The translations under genes and the position numbers were made by a program. The notes beneath the pieces were generated by a model. That model was not told the origin of the DNA. It saw nothing but the letters and a program-made list of their open reading frames with translations, and did no database searches. A stretch of 64,000 nt of DNA from Selaginella moellendorffii (taxonomy: Eukaryota > Plantae > Lycopodiophyta): the NCBI RefSeq assembly GCF_000143415.4, contig NW_003314315.1:1239514-1303513 (forward strand). Direction: 5' to 3'. Each line of letters starts with the position of its first letter. Position 1 is the first letter of the stretch. This document shows, in pieces, positions 11,201 to 24,544 of this stretch.

Positions 11201-11949
11201 TTCTTAGCTCTCGTACCTCGTCGTTCATCACCCAGCCTCCTCCCACAACTTCGAGCTGTCCACTCTTGACTAGGCGGATGAAATCCTGCTTCTCCGAGTC
11301 CGAGGCGTCTTGCCACCAGCGATGGAGGTAGGACATCTCCTCCCAGATGAACTTACGTCGAGGATCCTGAGCACGAGAGGAGACGATCAGCAAAGTTTTT
11401 CTAAAACTAAAAGTGTAAGTTTCTCTAGATAGAACTAAAATTGTGAAGCTCGAGTACCTTGCGAAGAGCTCCAACCACAGTCGAAAGTATGTGTTTCGTG
11501 CGCTCCTGGTAGTACTCCTCCACCGTGCGAAGCCACCCTGGATCGTTGTGAGAGTGAGGCACCACAAACACCTTGAGCTTCTCGCGATTCCACTCGTCAC
11601 CGCGGTACTTCACTGCCCATCCCTGCGTCCACGCGCCACCGGCCTTGTTCTCGAAGGCTATGGCGTCGTAGAGCTCCTTGGTGCTTATGTCCACCACCGC
11701 TTCCAATTGCACCCTCGAGGGACTGTGATCGCGGGCGCCGCTGCGAATCGTCGGCATTCCCGGCATCGAGACGATTGGGTCGGCGCTCCAGCTGTAGATC
11801 GCCATACCTACAACCAGGAGCAGCAGCGCGAGCACGATCCCTCCACGAACCCCGCAATCCAAAATCTCGTAGACGAGCCTGTGCCGCCTCTGGATCACTC
11901 TCACCTTGCGGCGCCCGCTGCTCGATCCCGAGGAGGACGATGCCGTCAT
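8300..11949 (-). CDS. GMII: Golgi alpha-mannosidase II (GH38), 4 exons
   Basis: N-terminal type II TM segment; VFVVPHSHNDPGW, RKFIWEEMSY, WAIDPFGHS, HTCGPEPAVCCQFD, YWSGYYVSRPF, FQHHDGVTGT, IPLQGNYYPMP, DRRLTQDDGRGLGQGVMDN. Confidence 0.97.
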
Positions 11950-12284
11950 CGCGCCGGCGAGGATGGATCGACTATCCACTTCTCTTCTCTCTCGCTTTTA
12001 GAACATCCTCTATAGTAAAATAAACAAAACAATGTAGGACACGCGGCCGTACGCCGTGCATCCGGGAGGGGTACGGAAAGTGGAATGGTTGGCTATGGTG
12101 GGTGACTGCGCAAGAACGAGGGTTTGATAGGGGAGGCGCTGTGGCCGCGGCGCTAGGGTGCGCGTATTGGGAACGCCGCGATGGCGATGGCGTAGCAGCA
12201 GCGCAGCAGCAGCGGCGCGGAATCATGCTTGTAAGGCGCTAGGGAGATCTCCTGTGGCCAGATTCTCCCCCAATCCAGTGAGCC

Positions 12285-14439
<2,155 letters not shown>

Positions 14440-14749
14440 CATCGAGTAAGTTTTCCCCCCGCCACCTTGTTTCATTTCCTCCATGGCTTTGGCTTTCTCA
14501 CGCGAGACAAAAGCAAGCTTCCGCCGCCGCTGCTGCTACCGTCGTGATTCTTTCATTAACAGGAGTCCATGCTTACGTACGTAATGTGACTCGTCTCATC
14601 GGGAAGCTTGAGCTCTTGTCTCGACGCGTTCACTTTGTTCCGGGATTAACTTATCAGTGGTTTTGCGAAAGAGAGATGGATCATCGCAGTGCCGAGGGGG
14701 AGCGCGACAAACTTCGTCGGAGCATCGTCCGGGACGCCAGTTGCAAGGG

Positions 14750-15109
14750 ATGGAGGTGGAGGAGGAGGGCAGCGTCTCTTCACTACTCGCGGTGCCTGGG
14801 AAGCGCGGTGGGATTCCGGACGCGGTCGTGGCTCGCAAAGTCCATGCCAAATGGTTGCCGCAGGATCAAGGTCTTCTCTTCTCCTCTCGATCGTTTGGAT
14901 TGATCCTCGCTCCCAGTCTTGCTTGCTTGTCTAGGATCAGGATTGATGCTTTCCTTCTTCCAGGATTGATGCTTATGGTGCGATGTCGATGTGGTAAGCG
15001 TATGGAACGCTCACTGCTCGAGCAAGATTGGAGAGGGTTTCTCACAAACCGGCACGTCGTGGACATGAGCTTGCCCAGCCAGAAGCTCTACCACCCGCCA
15101 TGGAGGTGA
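14750..15109 (+). CDS. Small hypothetical protein (possible intron 14871-14963)
   Basis: ATG in a GC-rich frame, an in-frame pyrimidine-rich GT-AG intron candidate and a VRCRCGK motif. No family recognised. Confidence 0.3.
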   Translation: MEVEEEGSVSSLLAVPGKRGGIPDAVVARKVHAKWLPQDQGLLFSSRSFGLILAPSLACLSRIRIDAFLLPGLMLMVRCRCGKRMERSLLEQDWRGFLTNRHVVDMSLPSQKLYHPPWR

Positions 15110-15304
15110 ATCTCGAGATCGGCGTGGAGATCCACCCCGCCCGTCCAGCTGAGCGGCTACGCTGTAGGCCATGACGATCCCTCCGCCGGAGGTCCTCCCC
15201 ACTCTGCGGCGGCTGCTCGAGCTCCTCAACCTGGAGATCAGCGCTTCCAAGAAGAACCCTAACTCTGTGTAAGAGTTTTGTATATTTAGGGCAACGAAGG
15301 AGCT

Positions 15305-17203
15305 ATGGCTGCGATGGCGCAGCAAGCGGGAGGAGGTGATGGAGCCGGCACTGGTGGCGGCGGCGGCGGCGGTGGCGGCGCCGGGCCACGGAAGACGAGC
15401 GTCTCGTTCGGATCGCTCATGCCATTCCTCCAGACGCTTGTGGCGCCGGAGCAAAATCTCCAGCTCGTGGCGCTCTATGCGAAGATGAAGGTGTGTTCTT
15501 TCGCCGCTTTCTAGCTCCACTTGTCTTGATCGCCCTCCACCACACCACAGGAGGAGAAGATCTCCCGCGAGGATTTCGTGAGGGGAGCTCGCGTCGTCGC
15601 GGGAGAGAAGGTGATTCTGGAAGCTCTCAGTCGGATGAACTCGAGGGTATGGTGCACGAGAATTTCTACTCGATCGACCCGCGAATTTTTTCATTTTTGT
15701 GTCGCCAATGTAGCCTCCACAGGCGCTACACCCAGAACAACCCCCAGCGCTTGGTGATGGATCATCACAGCAGCCACCATTTACTCCACCAGAACGAAAG
15801 CAGCTCGTGAGGAAAGCTTCTGATATGGCCATGACGTCGGGCGGACAAGCCAGGTTCCAAATTTGTTTTCTTCCCTCCTTTTGCTCGATCTCACGAGCTT
15901 TTGCAGTAAGAAACAAAAGGCTGATCCGGTCCAAAGCCTTGAGCAGATCAACGATGTAACTGCTGTTGGTGGCGTCAACTTGAAAGTAGAGTTTCTTTTC
16001 TTGCTCGCGTTTCGGTTTTCTTACTCTTTTGATTTCAGGAAGAAGAAGAGCGCTTGCTCACTGCTCCGAGAGAAGAAAGCCGGACTACACCTGAGATGCG
16101 AAGGAAGTTTATGGAGGAGGAAGGCCGATTTTTCTTGGAGAAAGGTCCACTACATACTAAAGTACAAGAAATTGGTATAAAGATTTTGGAGCCATATCGG
16201 TGATGCCATTGGTGCCTCTACTTGCAGCCGCGAAACATGGACTCAAAAGCATCAGTGAGGACGTGGAGCGTTGCTTGTCGATGGTAAGCGTCCCCGTCGT
16301 GAAAATTGAGCTTATAGTTTGTGATCCAGAGTGCGGAGGAATTGTTGTGGGGCTTTCTTCTCAAAACCATCAAAGTGTCCAAGCAGGTACCAGTTTTGCA
16401 AACTTCATTTTCAAGTCTCACTGCCCCGCTTCCAGAGATGCGACGTTGAAAAGGAACGGCACAGGGTTATGGCGACGCTAGATTTTCAGAAGCAAATCAT
16501 GGCCATGAGGAAAGAGCAACGGGAATTTCGGCAAAGAAAGCAAGCCGAAGAAGCCGAGAGATTGCGCAAGCTCAATGAGGTTAATGCATCACTCTTTTGA
16601 GTGATCCAAGCCCCAAGTTAACTTGTGTCGTGCAGGAGAAAGGACCACAAGCAACTGAAGAATCAACTCCAAAATCTCAAAAGGTGAGCACGCTCATGGA
16701 TGCTTATTTCTTTTTTCCTGATGCTTCCAGTGTGTGCTAGGCACAACAACAAAACGATGACAAGTTGAGAACCACGGCGGCAAACATTGCAGCTCGCAAG
16801 GCTGTGGGAGCCGACGACGTGCTCTCCAAGTGGATGCTAATGGCCGAACAGAGACAGCAAAAGCAAGCAGCTGCTGGTAAGCTCTTGCAAGTTTGGAAAA
16901 GCGGAAAAGAATACTTCGTGAGCTTGTAGATGGCTGGGGAAACGCAGGAACACCAGTTGCCGGCAAGCAGCAGTTCGGTGGTAAGCTCGTTTCCGAGCGA
17001 TGATGCGTTCCTGACAAACTTTCTTGATAGCTGCGACGCCTCGAGTGAATGCCCGGCGCTCTGCTCTACCTCAAGCCACCAGAGCTCGGTCGATCATACT
17101 CCGGGACCTGGTGGCCTGCCTGGAGAGGGAGCCGGGCATGTCGACGTCCCCTCTCCTGTACAGATTCTACGAGCGATTGTCGAGCGAGGAGGTGAATTAC
17201 TAG
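15305..17203 (+). CDS. TAF4: TFIID subunit TAF4-like (RST domain + histone fold)
   Basis: RST: [28 protein letters not shown]. Also [52 protein letters not shown] and [21 protein letters not shown]. Confidence 0.93.
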
Positions 17204-18079
17204 AGGAGCACACATTCTAACACTTGCGAGAGATCGAGAGCGTCATTTCTCTCCAGGAAAATGGGCCAAGCCTGCGTTTTTGCGGTGTTCGTGGCAGGCA
17301 AACAAGAGATCTTCAATGTTGACTTGAGGATAGGTCCCGGGATCGATACCCGGCAAGAGAGGAATTTGGCCCGCCGCATGTCATGTCATGTCATAACAGA
17401 CCTCGTAACGCCACCTAATCACACGAACGACCAAAAAAGAAAATCCCCCCAATTTATTTCTCGAAAACAAATAACCCCAAAATAGGCCCCCGGCGCCGCC
17501 GCCGTCCGATGCGGGCGGCGATCCGACGGCCCGGACCCCAGGCACCGCCATTCAATCTGGTTTGCGCAAAGAAAGAAAGAAGAAGAAAAGAAAAAACTCA
17601 CGCCGAGAAACACACCACGCCGGTGGTGGTGTTTGTGTAGTACCATATCATATCGTTAATGCCTGGCATTTGTTCCTTGTTGCGAGATCATCACATAAGC
17701 AAGAACATCCCAAAAAAAAAAGGAAAAAATTTACCAAGGGTACGTTCTCCTCCTCCTCCTTCTTCTTCATCTTTGTTTAGCTCTCTCTCATTCTCAATCA
17801 ATCAAGCATGCTTATAGCTCTAGCTCCAGCTCTTCCAGCTACATTGGGCGAGCTCGGCTATGGTGCTGCCTGGTTTGCATTTGCATGCAGCATCATTTGC
17901 TAGGCTTGCATGTATCTTGCTCGCCGTCGCCTTGTCTCACCTAGACTGGAATTTTCGACTGTTCCAGGTGTTGGGCTGCTGAGTGTGGCGGCTGCCGGTC
18001 TTGGGTTGCCCTCTTTTCCGGGGGCAAGGCTCCCCCTTTCTTTATTCTTGTTGGTCTCCTCTTCTCGGGAAAAGAGAAG

Positions 18080-19991
18080 ATGCCCGATGATCACCAGAGC
18101 TCCGGGCTTGCTGACGCTGCCGCCACCACCGCCACCACCGCCGCCGGCGAACACCACCAGTCGCCGCAAACTCCTCCTCCTCCTCCGCTCACTTCTCCAT
18201 CGCCAGAGCACAGCAACAACAACAACGGTGGTCATGCACAAGCTCCCACAAGCTCGGAGGTCCACCACGCGCTCCTAGCCGCGGCCGCCGCCAGCGCCAC
18301 CGCGCCGCCCCGCTCCTCGGAGATGCTCAATCTCCCCCGAGACTTCCTGTCCCTCCGCCCGCAAGAGCCGCCACCCCTCTCACACTCGCGGCTTGTTCCA
18401 AAGTTCGAGACCAAAGACGCGCCTTTGATCACGGTACAAATGGCGTCTCCTCCCCACAACTACAAATGCACCTCGATCACCACCACCACTAGCACGACTA
18501 GCACTGCCACTCCAGTCTTCTCGGCCGGTTACCCGCGAGCTCTAGCTTCTCACGAGGAGGTCTTGCGAGACAAGGAGCTCTTCCTCGACACGCTCCGGAG
18601 GCTCCACGGGAGCATGGGATTCAAGTCATTGACGTACGTAAGTAGACACTATGGTTGTCTCTCCCGCTCTCTTTTTGGTTTCTCTTTGGTTTCTCGATCG
18701 ATCGATCGAACTCCTTTGACCGTTTGATGGATGGATGGGAACTTTTTCTTCAGCATACCAACAATTGGAGGAACTCAGCTGGATTTGCACCTCTTGTACA
18801 GGGAAGTCACGGCCCGCGGAGGATTACACCAGGTTGGTGGAGCGAAATTCTTGTTTCTTTGGCACAGGCACTCACTTCGCTCGTTGCTCGCAGGTGATCA
18901 AGGATAGGATCTGGAAGGAAATAAAAGCGGTGTTCCATTTCCCACCGACGACCACCAATGCGTCGTATGTTCTTCGGAAGTATTACTCGAGCCTTCTCCA
19001 CCACTACGAGCAGGTCTACTTCTTCCGGAATCAGGGAGCTGTCGTATCTGCGCCCGGTTAGCTTTCTCTATCCGGAATTCATTCATTCCTTTTGCCTCGT
19101 TTTCTTCTTTTCTTTTCCTTCCTTTGACTGACTTGGAGTCAGGTCTTGTCTCTCCAGGCGATGCAGATGCTGCTGCTGATCCAGGTAGAAGAAAGGCAAA
19201 ACAAAAACTTTACTCACAATACTTTGGTTGCTCTAAACAAAGTTATCTTTTTTTGTTCCTCGCAGGGAATGCCACCACGAACTGTATCGGTCAGACCGTG
19301 ACAGGATCAATCGTTGGCAAGTTCGAGCATGGCTACCTCGTCAGTGTCACCGTCGGCAGCGAGGCGCTCAAAGGCGTCCTGTACAACGTCCCACCCGGCG
19401 AGTACGTGCCACAGTTCACGACCACGTCCAAGCTCCCGACTTCCAACGGAGCTCAGCTGTCCGAGTGCGTGAATGCTGATGGAGAGCTCCGGCGCAAGAG
19501 GAGGAGGAGGCTGGGATTGAGAAAAAAGGATCCCAACGCTCCAAAGCTCAACCGGAGTGCCTACAACTTCTTCTTTGCGGAGCAGAGAGCACGGATAAGG
19601 CTGTTGCAGCCCAACCGGGAGATCAGCAGGATGATTGGAGATTCGTGGAGCAAACTAACTGACGAGCAGCGACTGGTAACAGCACAAAGTTCTCTTCTCT
19701 CTCGTTTTTTTTCTTGGTTTTCACATCAGTGACACCCTCTGGCAGCCTTACAAAGAGCGTGGACTCGTGGACAAGGAGCGGTATCGGAAAGAGATAAAGC
19801 AGTACCGGGAGAAGATGCGGGGATTGAAGGACGTGGACATGGAAGGCACGACTGAAGAAGCTCACGAGGAGGAGGACGTAAGCGATGATCCAGAGCAGGA
19901 GGTGGAGACGGAAGACAATGGCGCTCCGGCTGACGAAGAGCAGCGTGAGACTCTCGAGTTTAAGTCCATCCTCTCGGCTCAGGCCTCCTAA
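18080..19991 (+). CDS. ARID + HMG-box protein (HMGB9/10/15 family)
   Basis: ARID: LDLHLLYREVTARGGL..VIKDRIWKE..TTNASYVLRKYYSSLLHHYEQVYFF. Also GKFEHGYLVSVTVG and HMG box KKDPNAPKLNRSAYNFFFAE. Confidence 0.95.
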
Positions 19992-20539
19992 CTCTTTAGC
20001 TCGTCACTCACTCACTCACCTCTTTAGTGTTGATGATCATGTACATTGCCTCACATCTCTCACAATTGTTGTCTAACATGGATAGATCGATTCGCAGCTC
20101 CTTTTTCTACTTGCAGCGTAGTAAATCTTAATCTTTGGTGTATGCCATGATCGTAAATCCAGAAGATCCGCCAGGAAGATGATGGGAAAAGAGGGGCGAC
20201 GGGGACAAATTGTTTTTTTCTTCTTATTTCTGTGTCTAAAAAGCAGTGTTTTCTGGCAAGCCAGGACGATATCCGATGGTTTCCAAGCTTTACAGAGAAA
20301 CAAACCATCCAACCCAGCAGATTTCTAGTCTCCATCTCATCAACCTTATCACCAAACTGAATCAAGTCTTGTTAGAGACGAACAAAACAAATCCATGGCC
20401 GGTGTGGGGAGCTGTTTTCCTGCAACACGGCACTGCCATCTTCGAGGGACCACGCCAATAATATCTCGGACTTTAAAATGTTTGAAGCTCGATCGCAATG
20501 TAGCTATAGTTGTGTTTGTATCAAGTCGAGTGAGGAAGC

Positions 20540-22901
20540 ATGGCGCCTCCAGCTGCGAGCCTCGATGGTCTGCCAACTTCCACGCTTGCTCATCCCTTGC
20601 TCCAAGGAGGCCGCCCTCCTTATGCCCACAAGTTCTCCAAGGCGCAACTGGAAGCACTCGAGGCCCTGTGCTCTACATTCGTTCCGCCGGTTTCGTCCCC
20701 CGATGGCAGCCACAGAGAGTTTTACGAGCTCTCTGGGGAGGCAGACGCAGAGATGGTGAGCAGGCCGAGCTAGAAAAGCAAAAAAGATGGCTTTGCTTGC
20801 GTTTGTTTGTAGGTGGCGGGGAGGATGACACAGTTTATCCATCCCAAGCTTTTGAGGAGAGCCGAGGAGGTGCTGGGCATGCTCTCCACGCCCAAGTCCA
20901 CTCCGCAGTACCCCTACGACAAGAAGTTCAGTGAGGTGCCGCTCGAGGAGCGAGAGAAACTTATGTACCAGTGGGCCAACAGCGACGACGACGATTCCCG
21001 TCTCAACTTCAAGATCTTCAAGACGTTCATCCTCAACACCTTCTATAGCAAGGTGCCGTGGTTTAGAAAGACGCTCTCTATATCAAGACATTGTACCTCT
21101 TGGCTTGCAGGTGGATGCTTCGGGCTACAACCCGACCTGGGAAGCCATCGGCTACGCGGGACCGGATCCAAACTCCATGAAAGCAACGTTGCCTCCAAAG
21201 CCGTCAGCTCTCAAGTCCGCCGTCTTCGACGTCAGAGAGCACCCCGACCTGCGAGCAGTCCTCAAGCACACGGGTTACACTCTACTGGATGACATATCTC
21301 ACCTCAAGCCGGCGCTGCTGCCTTCCAACAAGCTTGAGGACGGAGAGGACGTGATTGGCATCAAATGCGACGTGATCATTGTTGGAGCTGGCAGCGGAGG
21401 AAGCGTTCCAGCTCAGGTCCTGTCCACTGCCGGCCTCAAAGTTTTGCTGCTGGAGAAAGGCCGCTACTTTGCGAGAGAAGATCTGTCCCTGCTCGAGCAA
21501 CCGACTTTCAGCGAGCTCTACGAAGAAGGCGGATTTCTGGCAACTGACGACTTTGCTTACTCGCTCATGTCCGCTGCGGTGGTGGGAGGCGGAACTTGCA
21601 TCAACTGGGCGGCATCCTTCCAGACTCCGCCTCACGTCCGCCAGGAATGGGCCGAGGAGTGTGGACTTCCCATGTTTACCAGCGAAAAGTACCAGCAAGC
21701 TCTGGATCTCATCTGCAAGAAGATCGGTGTTCAGCCCAATGCAACAGTGGAAAGCTTCCAGAATGCAGTCCTGCGCAAGGGATGCGTGGAGCTTGGCCTC
21801 CACAGCGCAAATATACCGAGAAACGCGAGCCCGGAACACTATTGCGGCTGCTGTAACATGGGATGCCGACGGGGTATGAAGCAAGCGACCACCGAGACTT
21901 GGCTGGTGGAAGCAGCGGCAGCGGGAGCGACCATCCTCACGGGAACAAAAGGCTTGCAAGTGCTATTCACGGACGGGACCAAGAAGGAGAAGAAAGCCAT
22001 CGGTGTGTTGGCCACCACCTTGGGTGACCAGCCAAAGAAGTTGATCATCGAGGCCAAAGCGACCATCGTGTCCACCGGCTCTATCATGACACCACCGCTG
22101 CTCATCAGGAGTGGACTCACGAATCCAAACATTGGGAAACACTTCCACATCCATCCGGTGCTGGGAGTGTGGGGATACTTCCCGGACGAGGAGAAGAACC
22201 CGGGAGCTAGCTTCGAAGGAGGGATCATGACGGCCTTTAGCGCGGTGAGCGCACGCTGGGACACAGTCGGCTATGGTCCGGTGCTCATGACACCGAGCTT
22301 CCACCCCGGACAGTACGCTTCGGTGGTAACTTGGAAATCTGGAGCTCAGCACAAGGAGGCAATGCGGAGGTTCAGACGAGTCTCTCAGGTGGTGCTCTTC
22401 ACTCGTGACAAAGGAGCTGGGAGTATCGGAGTGGACAAGAAGACGGACGAGATCACGATCGAGTATACTCTAGATCCATACGACGAGGAGGTTTGCCTGG
22501 AGGGAGCGGAGAAAGGACTTCGCGTGCTCAAGGCAGCGGGGGCAGTGGAAGTCGGGACGCACCACCACGACGCTGAAAGCTTCACGTTTGGCAAGTCGAC
22601 AAGCTGGAAAGAAGAGAAGAAGCGGTTCGAGGAGTACCTTGCGAGCGTGAGAAGCAAAGGGCTCAAGCCCAACCGGCTGCCAATGGTATCGTATCACTTG
22701 CTGGGATCGTGCCGGATGGGATCCAGCCCCGAGAACTCGGTGATTGATGCCAAAGGCGAGACTTGGGATGCTGAAGGCCTCTTCCTCACGGACGCCAGCG
22801 TCTTTCCCACACCCACGGGTCTCAACCCCATGGTCACTATCCAGTCCATCGCCTACTGCACTGCACAGAACATTGTGGAGCATGTCAAGTCGTCCAAGTG
22901 A
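20540..22901 (+). CDS. FAO: Long-chain fatty alcohol oxidase (GMC oxidoreductase), 3 exons
   Basis: HPLLQGGR, NPTWEAIGY, DVIIVGAGSGG, VGGGTCINWAAS, CGCCNMGC, HLLGSCRMG, DASVFPTPTGLNPM. Confidence 0.95.
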
Positions 22902-23385
22902 AAGAGCAGAGCTCTAAGCTCTAAGCAAAATCATACCAGAGTTTGTATTGTTTGTGAAGTACTGTGATGGAATAAGAACAGCGACGTATGGCCAGCTCAC
23001 CTGTTTTACGAGAGGAGAAAGAAGATTTAGATTCTTCGTCCCAGCAAAGAGACAAACAGCTGCCAAGGAAAGATCAGCCACAAAACTGGCTTTGTCAATA
23101 TTGCTCTAGAGACAAACAACTCCACCAAGAGAAAAAGAAATGCGTCCTAGTTGGATAGAGATGTCAGAGACTTACTTGGATAAGGCATCAGGACTGCAGC
23201 ATCGTCCACAAAGCCAGTCTTTTGAGGACAAAAGAAGTATTGCCCCACACTGGAAAACCAAGAAGGAACCCGGCAGATCCCTGCTGGAAGGACAGGGACA
23301 TCGAGAGAAAATGTGAGGTAGCCGGAGGTCGCTTTCCATCCAACCTAATAAAATCCCAAGAACCCTAAAAAGCAGCAAATTAGTG

Positions 23386-23427
23386 TAGGCTTTACAATAA
23401 GTAAATTAGGCTTTACAATAAGTAAAT
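23386..23427. repeat. Perfect 21-bp tandem duplication
   Basis: taggctttacaataagtaaat x2. Confidence 0.9.
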
Positions 23428-23811
23428 AATTTTAACTCGTCTTGAGCATATACACACACTTTTTCTCCAACAATGGCAGAAAGAAATTTATATATACTTG
23501 AGCTAGAAAGTAATCAAAAAGTCAACACAAAAAGAAGTATAAAATTTGAGCTAAGTCTGGATTAGGGTTCTTGCAACATTGGGAGTTCACAACCCTAACA
23601 GCTAAGAAATTCCCTAGGGGTAAATATCAGATTTTCAATCATGTGGAAAATGGGGCAAAATGTTTCTAGACAGCCCCATAGCTAACTGTTTATGAGTAAA
23701 GATCCCTGGGCCGTGGATTCCTTTAGCACATTTTCCCTCCTGGAAATTATAATGTTCCTTCAAATCTTTTTGAGTATGGTTCCACCCTAAAAGCAAGGAG
23801 TTTAGGGTTCT

Positions 23812-24504
23812 ATGGCGATGAGGAGCGGCTGCTCGGCCAGGATAAGGTGGGTGATGCCGCATTTCACTCCCTCGAGCTTCTGTAGCAGCAGCGCATCGTC
23901 ATCGTCCGGAGAAATCGCCGCAAGCAGCAGCACGGAGATCGCAAGCGAAGGAGAAACCGGGATTACTCCAAAGGCAAGAAGGAGGAGAAGGAGGTCCAAA
24001 TCCAAGGCCGACGACAGCTGCGCTGCCAAGCTCACCATCAACATCAAGACCGCGATGCGTGAGTTTCGGCTGGGAGACATCCCCAACGCCAAGGTGTGTG
24101 GGCTGCCCACGGAGAGGTCGCTCTTCACCGTCATCCAGGGGCCTCATATCGACAAGAAATCGCGCGAGCAGTTTGATATCCAGACGCGGAAGTGGCGCGT
24201 CACCATCGATACGGAGACGAGTAAGTTACGAGAGAAGCTCGAGTTTCTCAAAGAGCACAGGATTCCTGGAGTGGAGATCAAGGCCCGGTTCCAGTACAAG
24301 ACGAGGATGGCTTGGCCGCTCAAGCCTACCCGGCTGTCCGACCAGGAGAAATGGAAGCTCTTGACGCTGCGCAAGAAAGATCCAAAGCTCTACACCGCTG
24401 CGAAGCTTGCCGAGGAGTTTAAGATCGAAGAAGAACAAGTGTATGACGTGCTCAGGTCCATGGAGGAGCGGCAAAAACACGTCGATATGTTTGGAGGAGA
24501 GTGA
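23812..24504 (+). CDS. RPS10: Nuclear-encoded mitochondrial ribosomal protein S10 with presequence and C-terminal extension (intronless)
   Basis: Core GLPTERSLFTVIQGPHIDKKSREQF...HRIPGVEIKARFQYKTR has the plant-mitochondrial S10 pattern. R/S-rich N-terminus. Telo-box-like TAGGGTT/AACCCTA motifs upstream (~23563, ~23591, ~23803). Confidence 0.88.
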   Translation: MAMRSGCSARIRWVMPHFTPSSFCSSSASSSSGEIAASSSTEIASEGETGITPKARRRRRRSKSKADDSCAAKLTINIKTAMREFRLGDIPNAKVCGLPTERSLFTVIQGPHIDKKSREQFDIQTRKWRVTIDTETSKLREKLEFLKEHRIPGVEIKARFQYKTRMAWPLKPTRLSDQEKWKLLTLRKKDPKLYTAAKLAEEFKIEEEQVYDVLRSMEERQKHVDMFGGE

Positions 24505-24544
24505 AGAAACGCTCCAACGCTCCAACTTTCTTTCTTCCGTCTTC

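Noticed and set aside
20060-20461. Short ORFs between ARID-HMG and FAO
   Set aside because: No recognisable product; likely UTR or promoter sequence.
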